DNA of 64,000 nt. It comes from Cyanobacteriota bacterium (lineage in GTDB: Bacteria; Cyanobacteriota; Cyanobacteriia; PCC-6307; Cyanobiaceae). The stretch spans positions 16,448 to 80,447 of the forward strand of contig JBJOMY010000007.1 of NCBI GenBank assembly GCA_046052125.1, written 5' to 3'. The notes under the pieces are model-generated. The model did not search any database, was not told the DNA's origin, and saw nothing but the letters and a program-made list of their open reading frames with translations. Within the stretch, counting starts at the first letter, position 1, and the number at the start of each line of letters is the position of its first letter. Of the stretch, positions 45,688-55,431 are shown one piece after another. Position numbers and translations under genes: made by a program.

Positions 45688-46768
45688 GGCCAGAGCTGCT
45701 CGGTGATGCCTGGCCCAGTCCCCGCTGCTGGGCCCAGGCATCGAGAAAGGTCTTCAGGCAGCTGGCCACCGGCACCGCCAGCAACAAACCGAGCAGGTCA
45801 CCGAATCCCATCAGGTTGCCCACCCGTGCTCCTACGGGGAGCGACACCAATAGCCAGGCGGGTTGAAGCCCCACGATGCTGCCCATCAGCCGCGGCTGAA
45901 TCACCTGATCCACCAGCTGGCCCACCGTGATCGCTGCAGCCAACACCTCGAGGGCCGTGCGCGGATCATCCAGAGCCAGCAACACGCTCACCAACACGAT
46001 CGTGACCGCGCTGGCGTAAGGCACCAAGGTGGTGAAGCCGATGGCGACGGCAAACAGCACCCCATAGGGGATGCCGAGCAACGTGAACACCACGATCTGC
46101 AGCACGCTGAGGATCAAAGCCAACAGCACCTGTCCGGCGAAGTAGCCCCGGAAGGTGCGATTGAGCGTGGTGGTGACCAGGTCGCGAACGCCGTCCGGCA
46201 GCCAGCGGGCCAGACCCGCCACGATCCGATCGCCGCCCAGCAGCAGGAAGACCGCCAGCACCGTGACGATCACGGTGTTCACCGTGATGCCCACCGTGGC
46301 TCCAAGGATGCCAAGCAGGCGCTGGCTCAACTGACTGGCCAGCTGACTGGCCCGGGTGAACAGGGTGCTGCTGAGATCGGTGAATTCCGTTGGCAGGCCG
46401 CGATCCGCCGCCCAGGCCTCAAGGCGATCCAACCAGGCCTCGCCCTCCACCAGCCAGCCAGGCAGGGCGCTCACCAATTCACCCAGCTGCTCGATCAAGC
46501 GGGGCACCAGCCAGAGCGCCGACAGCACCAGCAGCCCGAAGCCAAGGCCCACCACTGCCAACACCGCCAGGAGCCGCGGCAAGCCCCGATCCGCCAGCCA
46601 ACGGGTGGGCAGATCCAGCAAAAAGGCGATCAAAGCGGCCGCCAGGAACAGGGCCGGAAAGGGCGCCAGCGGCAGGAGCAGCTTCTGCAGCACCCATAAG
46701 TTGAGTCCAAGCAAGGGCAGCGCCAAGCTCAGCTGCAGCCACAGGGGCAGAACGAGGCGCTCGAGCAT
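45668..46768 (-). CDS. AI-2E (PerM) family transporter
   Basis: [43 protein letters not shown]. Confidence 0.85.
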   Translation of the reverse strand: MLERLVLPLWLQLSLALPLLGLNLWVLQKLLLPLAPFPALFLAAALIAFLLDLPTRWLADRGLPRLLAVLAVVGLGFGLLVLSALWLVPRLIEQLGELVSALPGWLVEGEAWLDRLEAWAADRGLPTEFTDLSSTLFTRASQLASQLSQRLLGILGATVGITVNTVIVTVLAVFLLLGGDRIVAGLARWLPDGVRDLVTTTLNRTFRGYFAGQVLLALILSVLQIVVFTLLGIPYGVLFAVAIGFTTLVPYASAVTIVLVSVLLALDDPRTALEVLAAAITVGQLVDQVIQPRLMGSIVGLQPAWLLVSLPVGARVGNLMGFGDLLGLLLAVPVASCLKTFLDAWAQQRGLGQASPSSSGLSPAGE

Positions 46769-46783
46769 TCGCAGCCCGCTAGA

Positions 46784-47410
46784 TCAGCTCTGAACCTTCA
46801 GCTTGGCGGCACCAGCGCTGGCCTGCCACCAGAACGAGAGCCAGCAGACGATCCCAAGGAACTTGGCCCCTTCTTCGTAGAGCTGAAGGGTGGTGTAGGG
46901 CACCGGAATCAACTCCTGGAGCAGGTCGAGCAACACCGATAGGCCCAAAAGCGCCACCGCCAGGATGAAACTGCCTCCCCCAAGGGCAAGCACCTGCTGG
47001 CGAAAGCGAAACAGGATCAGCAGCGCGAACACCGCATACAGCCCATACAAAAAGCTGGAGCCGATGTAGCGGTCGTGCAGGAGGAACATGTCGTCCAAGC
47101 AGAGCAGCAGGGAAAAGCCACCACCACAGAGCAGCAGCTGCCGTTCCCGGCCGCGCACCCCACCCACCCGGGCCAGCGCCGTGAACAAGGCGATCGCTGC
47201 CGCTGAGATCCAAAGCAGGTAGCCGAGGTTGGACAGGAAGCCAACGCCCAACGGCGTATCGCAACTCTGCGCCAGATCTCGGATCACGAGCTGGGAATTC
47301 ACCCCCGCAGCGCTACTCAGCGCCAGCGCCAGCAGGTACACGACCAGAGCAGGCAGCAAGCCCACCAGCACAGTCCGCACGACAGGACGGTTCGGCATCA
47401 GCCCGCGCAA
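46784..47410 (-). CDS. Multi-pass membrane protein of unknown function
   Basis: About 6-7 TM helices; GFLSNLG, LDDMFLLHD and YEEGAK motifs; ATG at 47398 is an alternative start. Confidence 0.7.
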   Translation of the reverse strand: MRGLMPNRPVVRTVLVGLLPALVVYLLALALSSAAGVNSQLVIRDLAQSCDTPLGVGFLSNLGYLLWISAAAIALFTALARVGGVRGRERQLLLCGGGFSLLLCLDDMFLLHDRYIGSSFLYGLYAVFALLILFRFRQQVLALGGGSFILAVALLGLSVLLDLLQELIPVPYTTLQLYEEGAKFLGIVCWLSFWWQASAGAAKLKVQS

Positions 47411-47450
47411 ATGACTGGATCCAGCGAAGCAGATCCCGCCCAGCGCCGCC

Positions 47451-47984
47451 TCACATCTGGGCCAGATAAGCGGCGCTGCCTAACTCCAGTAGGCGTTGAT
47501 CCTTCGCCACCACCTGATCATGCAGGCCCTGGCGATAAGCCTGAACGCGCCCGGCCAGATCTGAATCAGCCGTGGCCAGGATCTGGGCGGCCAGCAGCCC
47601 GGCGTTGGCACCGGTACCGATCGCCACGGTGGCCACGGGGATGCCGGCGGGCATCTGCACGATCGAGTGCAACGAGTCCACGCCGGAGAGGGCGCGGGTT
47701 TGCACGGGTACGCCGATCACCGGCAGGGTGGTGAGCGAGGCCACCATGCCCGGCAGATGGGCGGCGCCGCCGGCGCCGGCAATGATCACCTTGAAACCGC
47801 GGTCGGCGGCCTGCTGGGCAAACGCCACCATTTCGAGGGGCGTGCGATGGGCCGAGAGCACCCGCACCTCGGTGGCCACGCCGAAGTTCTGCAGCATCTC
47901 CACCGCAGGCTGCATGGTGGGCAGATCGGAATCGCTGCCCATCACCACAGCAACGAGCGGTGCGGGGGCGGACAGATCAGACAT
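47451..47984 (-). CDS. purE: N5-CAIR mutase
   Basis: [40 protein letters not shown]. Confidence 0.97.
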   Translation of the reverse strand: MSDLSAPAPLVAVVMGSDSDLPTMQPAVEMLQNFGVATEVRVLSAHRTPLEMVAFAQQAADRGFKVIIAGAGGAAHLPGMVASLTTLPVIGVPVQTRALSGVDSLHSIVQMPAGIPVATVAIGTGANAGLLAAQILATADSDLAGRVQAYRQGLHDQVVAKDQRLLELGSAAYLAQM

Positions 47985-48037
47985 CAGTGAAAGCCTGCGA
48001 AGCCGGCGAGGATGGCATTCTCACGCCCTGCCGCCCG

Positions 48038-49171
48038 ATGCGCTGGCTCAGCTCCGTTCGCCTGCCAGCTATCGACGGCCTGTGGCGGATCGGCGTGGAT
48101 GGAGAGGAGCGCATCACTGCGGTGCACCCCTTGCCCCCCGGCAGCAGCTCCGCCGGTGAGGATTGGAACTGCGACTGGCTCAGTCCGATGGGGGTGGACC
48201 TGCAGATCAACGGCGGTCTTGGGCTGGCCTTCCCCGAGCTGAGCTCCAGCGATCTGCCCAACCTGCTGGAGTTACTGGAGCTGCTGTGGCGCGATGGCGT
48301 GGAGGCGATCGCCCCCACCCTGGTGACCTGCGGCGTAGCGGAACTGCGCCAGGCACTGGGGGTGCTGCGCGAGGCGAGGGCGCTACACCAGCCGGGGCGC
48401 TGCCAGCTACTGGGGGCCCATCTGGAGGGGCCCTTCCTGGCAGAGGCGCGGCGGGGGGCCCATCCGCGCCAGCACCTGGCGGCACCGAGCCTGGAGGCGC
48501 TCAACAGCCGCATCGGCGGCTTCGAGCAGGAGATCAGCCTGGTGACCCTGGCCCCTGAACTCGATGGTGCCGATGCCGTGATCGAGGCCTTGCTGCAGCT
48601 GGGCATCCAGGTGAGCCTTGGCCACAGCGAAGCCAATGAAGCCCAGGCCAGCGCAGCCTTTGAAAGCGGCGTGGGGATGATCACTCACGCCTTCAACGCC
48701 ATGGCCGGGCTGCACCACCGGGCCCCCGGGCCCATCGCCGCGGCCGCCCTACGAGGCGATGTGGCCCTGGGGCTGATCGCCGACGGCGTGCATGTGGCGC
48801 CGTCGATGGCGGTGCTGTTGCAGCGGTTGATGCCCAATCAGGTGGTGCTGGTGAGCGATGCCCTCGCCCCCTATGGCCTGGCCGATGGCGTGCACCGCTG
48901 GGATGAACGGGCGCTGATCGTGGAGAAGGGCAGCTGCCGGCTGGAGGACGGCACCCTGGCCGGGGTGACCCTGCCTCTGCTCGAGGCCGTGCGGCGCCTG
49001 GCCAGCTGGAGCGGCAAAGCAGGCCAGGCCATTGCGGCAGCCACGCTGCTGCCGCGACGCGTACTGGGCGAGCAGCGCGGGAGTCAGGAACTGCTCTTGG
49101 GCCGACCGCTGGCCCACTGCCTGCGCTGGAGCGGCCCGGCTCAGGATCTGCGCTGGCAACGGGCGGCCTGA
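48038..49171 (+). CDS. nagA: N-acetylglucosamine-6-phosphate deacetylase
   Basis: DLQING, PTLVT, GAHLEGPF, RGAH, TLAPE, GHS, THAFNAM, IADGVHV, VSDA, LAG. Confidence 0.9.
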   Translation: MRWLSSVRLPAIDGLWRIGVDGEERITAVHPLPPGSSSAGEDWNCDWLSPMGVDLQINGGLGLAFPELSSSDLPNLLELLELLWRDGVEAIAPTLVTCGVAELRQALGVLREARALHQPGRCQLLGAHLEGPFLAEARRGAHPRQHLAAPSLEALNSRIGGFEQEISLVTLAPELDGADAVIEALLQLGIQVSLGHSEANEAQASAAFESGVGMITHAFNAMAGLHHRAPGPIAAAALRGDVALGLIADGVHVAPSMAVLLQRLMPNQVVLVSDALAPYGLADGVHRWDERALIVEKGSCRLEDGTLAGVTLPLLEAVRRLASWSGKAGQAIAAATLLPRRVLGEQRGSQELLLGRPLAHCLRWSGPAQDLRWQRAA

Positions 49172-49213
49172 ATAGGATCCGCGCTTCTCTCTCCACGCCC
49201 CAGGCCCGAGCCG

Positions 49214-49939
49214 ATGCCCGCCGAGCAGCTTCTCAACAGCACCGAGGCCCAGAAAGCCGCCGAGAAGCAGGAGGTGAAGGGCTACTTCGAAACCACAGGC
49301 TTCGATCGCTGGAACCGCATCTACAGCGATTCCGACGACGTGAACAAGGTGCAGCGCAATATCCGCATCGGCCACCAAAAAACGGTGGACAACGTGCTTG
49401 CCTGGCTGCAGGAGCAAGGCAACCTGGCCGGCCGCAGCTTCTGCGATGCCGGCTGCGGCGTGGGCAGCCTCACCCTGCCCCTGGCCCAGCTCGGAGCTGG
49501 CTCGATCGCTGCCTCCGACCTCTCCGCCGCGATGGTGCAGGAGGCCGAGCGGCGGGCGAACGAGGCCGGCGTGCAGAAGGGCCAAATCAGCTTCCTGGCC
49601 TCCGATCTGGAGAGCCTCAGCGGCCGCTTCAACACCGTGGTTTGCCTGGACGTGTTCATTCACTACCCCCAGCAGCCAGCCGAGGAGATGGTGCGGCACC
49701 TGGCCTCGATGGCCGAACAGCATCTGATCGTGAGCTTCGCCCCCTACACGCCGCTGTTGGCGCTGCTCAAAGGCATTGGCCAGCTCTTCCCGGGCCCCAG
49801 CAAAACCACCCGCGCTTACACCCTGAAGGAGGCAGGCATCGTGAAGGCGGCCGAGGAAGCGGGCTTCGTGCTCAAGCGCCGCAGCCTCAACAAGGCTCCC
49901 TTCTATTTCTCTCGCTTGCTGGCGTTCGAAAAGGCCTGA
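49214..49939 (+). CDS. chlM: Mg-protoporphyrin IX methyltransferase
   Basis: VKGYFETTGFDRWNRIY, CDAGCGVG, CLDVFIHYP, SFAPYT, FYFSRL. Confidence 0.95.
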   Translation: MPAEQLLNSTEAQKAAEKQEVKGYFETTGFDRWNRIYSDSDDVNKVQRNIRIGHQKTVDNVLAWLQEQGNLAGRSFCDAGCGVGSLTLPLAQLGAGSIAASDLSAAMVQEAERRANEAGVQKGQISFLASDLESLSGRFNTVVCLDVFIHYPQQPAEEMVRHLASMAEQHLIVSFAPYTPLLALLKGIGQLFPGPSKTTRAYTLKEAGIVKAAEEAGFVLKRRSLNKAPFYFSRLLAFEKA

Positions 49940-49943
49940 AGCA

Positions 49944-50708
49944 GTGGAGCCCTCCCAGCTGCTGATTCCGGCGCTGCTGGGAGCCGGAGCCATCGCCTCC
50001 GGCCTTGCTCGCCGTCATCAGGTCCGCCAATTGAGCCACCTGCTGGATGCCCGCAGCACCAGCGTGGCCGAGCTGCTGGATCTGCAGCGCACCGTGGCCG
50101 AGCAGATGGGCGCCGGCTCCTTCAGCGAGCGGGTGAAGCTCTCGGGAGAGATCGTGTGCAACGAGCCGCTCACGGCCCCATGGAGCGGTGAGCCGTGCAT
50201 TGCCTTCAGGCAGAGCACCACAGCCCTGCTGGAGGTGAGGGAGGAACGCACCAGCAGCGACAAGGAAGGCAACACGACAACCGACGTGTACTGGGAACGC
50301 CGGGAGGACACCATCAGCACCCTCGAGCGCCGCTGCAGCTTTGAACTACGTCAGGGTCAGCAGAGCCTGAGGCTGGATCCTGAGGGCGCGGAACTTGAGC
50401 TTGAACCGGTGTTCAGCGAGATGAGCCCCGCCAGCAACCCAGACACCTTCAACACGCGCCAGTTGGGCATCCGCCGCGAGGAAGCGGTGCTCCGCCCCAC
50501 GGGCATGGCCTTTGTGGTGGCCGAGTGCAGCGATGCCAGCGGCACCCTCACCCTGCAGGCCCCCAGCGAGCAGGGGATGTTCGTGGTGCGTCGCGGCAGT
50601 GAAGCTGAATTCAGTCGCAACATCCGACGCTGGCGACGGGTCTGGACTGTGAGCACCTGGGTGTTGACGCTTGCCGCAGCGCTAAGCGGGCTGCTGATCG
50701 CGCTGTAA
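49944..50708 (+). CDS. GIDE-domain membrane protein (MUL1/SP1-like, no RING)
   Basis: N- and C-terminal TM helices around a beta-rich domain with VKLSG, PLTAPWSGEPC and REEAVL motifs. Confidence 0.6.
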   Translation: MEPSQLLIPALLGAGAIASGLARRHQVRQLSHLLDARSTSVAELLDLQRTVAEQMGAGSFSERVKLSGEIVCNEPLTAPWSGEPCIAFRQSTTALLEVREERTSSDKEGNTTTDVYWERREDTISTLERRCSFELRQGQQSLRLDPEGAELELEPVFSEMSPASNPDTFNTRQLGIRREEAVLRPTGMAFVVAECSDASGTLTLQAPSEQGMFVVRRGSEAEFSRNIRRWRRVWTVSTWVLTLAAALSGLLIAL

Positions 50709-50752
50709 CGACGCAAGCTGGAAGAGCAGTGATCTCCTGAACCAGGTCGCCC

Positions 50753-51058
50753 ATGTTCAAACAACTGCTTGCGTTGATGGGCTGCATCGGCCTGGCCCTG
50801 GTGCCAACAACCGCTCAAGCCTGGGAGCCTGGGGATGACTGGCAAGACAGCCAGTGCCGCACCACCCGCGATGAAGGGGGAAACAGCGTGGAGGTGTGCC
50901 AAGCCATCTATGACGGCAACAAGGTGTATCTCGGTGCTTATTGGAATGACGGCTCCGAAGTGGTGGGTCCCTGCTCCACCGAAGACCCTGAGCCGATCGA
51001 GTACAAGGGCATGACGAAGTCCGAAGCCCGCACCTGGGTGAAGACCTACTGCCCCTGA
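50753..51058 (+). CDS. Small secreted protein with four Cys in the mature chain
   Basis: Signal peptide ending AQA; acidic mature domain. Confidence 0.75.
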   Translation: MFKQLLALMGCIGLALVPTTAQAWEPGDDWQDSQCRTTRDEGGNSVEVCQAIYDGNKVYLGAYWNDGSEVVGPCSTEDPEPIEYKGMTKSEARTWVKTYCP

Positions 51059-52062
51059 ACGGTGAGCGCCTCTGGCAGCGCCGCTTCGAGTTGCAGAACA
51101 CCCCCAACTGGCGGCTGGAGTTCCAGGCGATGGGCATGCAGCCGATAGCCCCCTGCTCCCGGGAGTGACCCCGAATCAGCGAGGCCTCCGGCGCGATAGA
51201 GCGGATCACCGAGCAACGGTGCACCGATGGCGGCCGTGTGGATGCGGATCTGATGGGGGCGGCCTGTGGCAATCGCCACCTCCACCAAACAAGCCTCCGC
51301 GCGGCGTTCCAGCAGGGTGATGGTGCTGAGGGAGGGCAGGGCGGCAGGGTCGCCGGGTTCTGCTGCGCACCAGATCTGACCGAGTAAGGGGTGCGCCCGT
51401 CTGCCGATCGCAGCCGTGATCGCTCGTGTCTCCCCCAGCCGCCACTCGGATGGGAGCGGCTGGCAAAGCGCGCGGTAAAGCTTGCGACAGGCGCGATGGG
51501 GAGCAGCATCAGCCGCTCCACTGGTGCTCTCCCGCAACTGAGCGCTGAGCCAGGCGCGGGTTTGGCTGCGGCGGGCGCACACCAGCAAACCGGAGGTGAA
51601 GCGTCCGAGCCGATGCACCGGCCGGGGCCGACCAGCCATGGCGCAGATCCGCCCAGCCGTCACCCAGCCCTGCAGCTGGGCCAAGAGCGTGTGGCTGAGA
51701 AACCCTCCGGCCGGCAGCACTGGAAGGCCGCTGGGCTTGTTGAGCACCAGCAGATCGCCATCGTCAAACACGATCGAGCGCTCGCTGAGCACCGGCACGG
51801 CCGCCTCCTGCCAGGGGGGCCGATGCCACAGCAAACGATCACCGGCTGCGAGCGCTGCATCGGCCCGGAGCTGCTGGCCGTTGCACCAGATCTCGCCGGC
51901 GGCGAGCCGCTCGATCCAAGTGGACTGATCGGAATGGGCGTAACGCCCGGCATAAAAACCAGCGATGCTGGCGGCCGGTTCGCTCACGCGATCGCGATAG
52001 GCATGGCCGGCATTCAGCGCAGCCGGCAGCCAGGACTCGCCAGCAACCTGCTCGCTACTCAA
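51046..52062 (-). CDS. RluA-family pseudouridine synthase
   Basis: LNKPSGLP, VHRLGRFTSG, KLYRAL, TGRPHQIRIH, LLGDPLY, LHAH. Confidence 0.88.
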   Translation of the reverse strand: MSSEQVAGESWLPAALNAGHAYRDRVSEPAASIAGFYAGRYAHSDQSTWIERLAAGEIWCNGQQLRADAALAAGDRLLWHRPPWQEAAVPVLSERSIVFDDGDLLVLNKPSGLPVLPAGGFLSHTLLAQLQGWVTAGRICAMAGRPRPVHRLGRFTSGLLVCARRSQTRAWLSAQLRESTSGAADAAPHRACRKLYRALCQPLPSEWRLGETRAITAAIGRRAHPLLGQIWCAAEPGDPAALPSLSTITLLERRAEACLVEVAIATGRPHQIRIHTAAIGAPLLGDPLYRAGGLADSGSLPGAGGYRLHAHRLELQPPVGGVLQLEAALPEALTVQGQ

Positions 52063-52789
52063 CCAGCCCGTTCTCGAGGGCGTAGCGCACCAATTCGGTG
52101 CGGCTGGCGGTGCCGGTTTTGGTGAACAGGCGGCTCACGTATTTCTCCACGTTGCGAATGGAGGTTTCCAGGCGGCGGGCAATCTCCTTGTTCATCATTC
52201 CCTCCGCCACCAGCTGGAGCACCGAAGCCTCACGCGGGGTGAACTCATGTTTGACGCCTCCGGGAGCCTTCTTGCTACCGCCGGTGGCCAGCAGGGAGCG
52301 GATCTCGGTGATCTGCTTGGCCATCTGGCCGATATCGGCATCGGCGAAACGGGCGGCCTCCTGCAGCAAGCGCTCCTGGCGGCGCACCACGTTGTGCACC
52401 CGGGCCACCAGCTCATCGGGATCGAAGGGCTTGGGGATGTAGTCGTCGCAGCCGGCCTGGAAGCCCTCGATGCGATCGGCCGTCATCCCCTTGGCGGTGA
52501 GGAAAATCACCGGGGTGCCGCCGAGGCGCTCGTCGTCGCGCAGTTTGCGCAGCAGCCCATAGCCATCGAGGCGGGGCATCATCACGTCGCTGATCACCAC
52601 ATCGGGCAGCAGCTCCTGGGCCTTGGTCCAGCCGTCTTCACCGTCGACGGCGGTGGTCACCTGGAAGCCCTCGTCTTCCAGGTAGGCCTGCACGGCGGTG
52701 CGCAGGCCGGGTTCGTCATCCACCAACAGCAGCCGCGCCGGGGGCTGGGGCACCGCTTCCGGGGCCTGGGTTTCAGGTTCGAGGTTCAT
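52055..52789 (-). CDS. ycf29: NarL/LuxR-family response regulator Ycf29 (Rre1)
   Basis: LLLVDDEPGLR, ISDVMMP, FLTAKGMTADR, FTPREASVL, IRNVEKYVSRL. Confidence 0.88.
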   Translation of the reverse strand: MNLEPETQAPEAVPQPPARLLLVDDEPGLRTAVQAYLEDEGFQVTTAVDGEDGWTKAQELLPDVVISDVMMPRLDGYGLLRKLRDDERLGGTPVIFLTAKGMTADRIEGFQAGCDDYIPKPFDPDELVARVHNVVRRQERLLQEAARFADADIGQMAKQITEIRSLLATGGSKKAPGGVKHEFTPREASVLQLVAEGMMNKEIARRLETSIRNVEKYVSRLFTKTGTASRTELVRYALENGLVE

Positions 52790-52798
52790 GGGCGCAAT

Positions 52799-53323
52799 CT
52801 ATCGAGGGTTGCCAGGAAGCACCTGCTGCTGCTCCCGCAGCAAGCCCGAGTAGCCAAGCTTCCGGGCCAGGGCCTGGAGAGTGGCGGGGTCCTTGCCGGC
52901 CTGCTCCGGGACACAGGCGGCCCACCAGATCTGGTGATCCAGGCGGTTGGCGTCGTTGATCGACCCACCAGGGTTGAGCTCTTTGATGAGGAGGCTGCTG
53001 CCCTTGCGCGTCAGCCGCATCGGCGCATCCGGGCTGCAACGCAGGGTGTCGATCGCCAGCTGCACCCCCGTCGGGGATTCCACCCACACCACGATCGTGC
53101 GGGCCGTTGGATCGCGCGGATCGGGCTTCACACCATGCACGCCGATGGCGAAGCCGCCTTCCATGGTGCTCCACTCGCGCAGCAGCACCAGATCAGCGGG
53201 CCGCTGCTCGTTGGACGCCCGATGCGGGTTGCTGGGGTCGGGGGCACCGAGGGAGGTTTGAGCAGCGGCGGGGAGCGTAAGCATGGCCACAGCCAGCAGC
53301 AGCTTCAGTGATCGAGCAGCCAT
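52799..53323 (-). CDS. Exported hypothetical protein
   Basis: Signal peptide MAARSLKLLLAVAMLTLPAAA; two Cys (LRCS, AACV). Confidence 0.65.
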   Translation of the reverse strand: MAARSLKLLLAVAMLTLPAAAQTSLGAPDPSNPHRASNEQRPADLVLLREWSTMEGGFAIGVHGVKPDPRDPTARTIVVWVESPTGVQLAIDTLRCSPDAPMRLTRKGSSLLIKELNPGGSINDANRLDHQIWWAACVPEQAGKDPATLQALARKLGYSGLLREQQQVLPGNPR

Positions 53324-53354
53324 AACGCTCAGCGGTGGCAGGGAGCTTGCCAGC

Positions 53355-54509
53355 ATGGTGTCCATGCCGTCCCCTGTCATCTACCTCGACCATCAAGCCA
53401 CCAGTCCCTGCAGAGCGGAGGTTCTGGCGGCGATGGAACCGTGGTGGCGGGAGTCTGGGGCCAATCCCAGCAGCCGGCTCCACCGACCGGGGCTTCAGGC
53501 TGCCGCCGCGATCGAGCTAGCCCGCGAACAGATCGCCCAGGCCCTGGGGGGCTCCGGAGGCCGGTTGGTGTTCACCAGCGGTGCTACGGAAGCCAACAAT
53601 CTCGCTCTCAAAGGCCTGGCGGAGGCTGAACTGGAATCAGGCGGTGGGCGACGCCATCTGATCACCGTCTGCACCGAGCATCGATCCGTGCTCGATCCCC
53701 TGCGCCACCTCAGCCGCCATGGCTTCGAGCTGACGGAACTTCCGGTGCACGCCGATGGGCTGGTGGATCTGGAGGAGCTGGAGGCCGCTCTGCGAGCCGA
53801 CACGCTGCTGGTGAGCGTGATGGCTGCCAACAACGAGATCGGGGTCATCCAGCCGATCGCGGCCATGGCCAACCTCTGCAGGCGCCGTGCTGTGGCGCTG
53901 CACTGCGATGCCGCCCAGGCTCTGGGCCACATCCCTCTGGATGCGGCTGAGCTCGGCGTGCAGCTGCTCAGCCTCAGCGCCCACAAGCTCGGGGGCCCGA
54001 TGGGCATCGGCGGTATTTGGATCGCGGATGGCATCCGCATCGCACCGCAACTGCATGGCGGCAGCCATGAGGGGGGATCGCGGGCCGGCACCCCAGCACT
54101 CCCTCTGATTGTTGGCTTCCAGAAAGCCCTGGAGCTAGCCCTTCAGGAGCAACCCGAGCGGTTACACCAGCTCACAGTCCTGCGTGATGCGTTGTGGCAT
54201 GGCATCCGCGACCTGGGCGGCATCGTTTGCAATGGGGCCGGCACACCACGGCTGGCCCACAACCTCAACATCTGGGTGGACGGCGTGGATGGCGTCGAAC
54301 TGCACAGGCAACTGCGCCGGCATCTCGCCGTGAGCAGTGGATCCGCGTGCAGCAACGGTGAACCCTCCCACGTGCTGCAGGCGCTGGGGCTGAGCCGTCA
54401 GCAGGCGGCTGCCGCTGTTCGCTTCAGCCTCGGCCCCGAGAGCACGGCTGCGGATGTTGAGCGCGCCATCGACGTGTTCTGCACAACCGTGCAGGCCCTA
54501 CGGCGTTAA
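53355..54509 (+). CDS. iscS: Cysteine desulfurase (IscS/NifS group I)
   Basis: IYLDHQATSP, FTSGATEANN, ANNEIG, HCDAAQ, SAHK, RAGT, VSSGSACS. Confidence 0.92.
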   Translation: MVSMPSPVIYLDHQATSPCRAEVLAAMEPWWRESGANPSSRLHRPGLQAAAAIELAREQIAQALGGSGGRLVFTSGATEANNLALKGLAEAELESGGGRRHLITVCTEHRSVLDPLRHLSRHGFELTELPVHADGLVDLEELEAALRADTLLVSVMAANNEIGVIQPIAAMANLCRRRAVALHCDAAQALGHIPLDAAELGVQLLSLSAHKLGGPMGIGGIWIADGIRIAPQLHGGSHEGGSRAGTPALPLIVGFQKALELALQEQPERLHQLTVLRDALWHGIRDLGGIVCNGAGTPRLAHNLNIWVDGVDGVELHRQLRRHLAVSSGSACSNGEPSHVLQALGLSRQQAAAAVRFSLGPESTAADVERAIDVFCTTVQALRR

Positions 54510-55327
54510 GCCGTTTTGCGCGCTGACGCACGGGGCTTGCGCTCCCGGGGCTTGGACGATTTAGAGGCCTTGGTGGATGGCGTCTCCGTTGCCTGAACGA
54601 GACTGACGGGAGGCACGGGCGACTGCACCTGAGCGATCCGCGACAGCACCCGCTGCTGGGCTGTTTCAGAGAACAGGAATGTCCCGACGTGACCAAGAGC
54701 AAAGCGCTTGGAAAGGAACACTTTGCCGCCGAGATCACGCCAACGATTGCAGAACATCCAGTCTTCACTCATGTAAACGTCATGCCCTGGCACCAGGCCG
54801 CAATCGAAGTAGGCGTAGAGGAAGGGATTCAATGAAGGATCCAGGCCGCAGTCATCGGTGTATTTAAGATGGGGATTGGCCTCCGCCAGCCGCACAAACA
54901 CCTCCCTCCGAATCAGCAGAAACCCTGTACCCAATCGCAACACCTCCACCTTGCCATCATCTTGGAAACCACCAGGGCAGGGATTGATGACGTAATCAAC
55001 AGGCAGGCTTTTCTTGGGGTAACCACCACCAATAACATCCACATTCTCCTGCAACAGAGTCAGCACATCAGACGGCTCAAAGAGAATGTCCGAGTCGATG
55101 AACATCAGATGCGTGGCCAGCGGGTTCGCCATCGCCCGGGCCACCAGAGCATTGCGACCGCGGGGAATCAGGCTCTCATTCACCAAGGTGTCAAGAGTCC
55201 AGTCGACCCCCCAGTCGCGGGCTTGAACCGTGAACCGAACAAAACTGGTGAACGTGGCTTCAGAAATCTGCCCCCCGTAACAAGGAATCAGAAAATGAAC
55301 GTGGGGAACAGCAGCGCCATAAACCAT
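54506..55327 (-). CDS. GT-A-fold (GT2-like) glycosyltransferase
   Basis: FLIPCYGG, ESLIPRGRN, HLMFIDSD (DxD), GGGYPKK, LGTGFLLIRREVF, SEDWMFC, LGHVG; basic low-complexity tail. Confidence 0.7.
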   Translation of the reverse strand: MVYGAAVPHVHFLIPCYGGQISEATFTSFVRFTVQARDWGVDWTLDTLVNESLIPRGRNALVARAMANPLATHLMFIDSDILFEPSDVLTLLQENVDVIGGGYPKKSLPVDYVINPCPGGFQDDGKVEVLRLGTGFLLIRREVFVRLAEANPHLKYTDDCGLDPSLNPFLYAYFDCGLVPGHDVYMSEDWMFCNRWRDLGGKVFLSKRFALGHVGTFLFSETAQQRVLSRIAQVQSPVPPVSLVQATETPSTKASKSSKPRERKPRASARKTA

Positions 55328-55431
55328 TTTGAGTTACAGATGCGCTCAGTGCGGTCCCGGGAATCTAGGCGAAAAACCCCAAAAAACTGATAGGGTCGCC
55401 GACCGAAACAGCCCTTCACGCAGCAGTCAGC

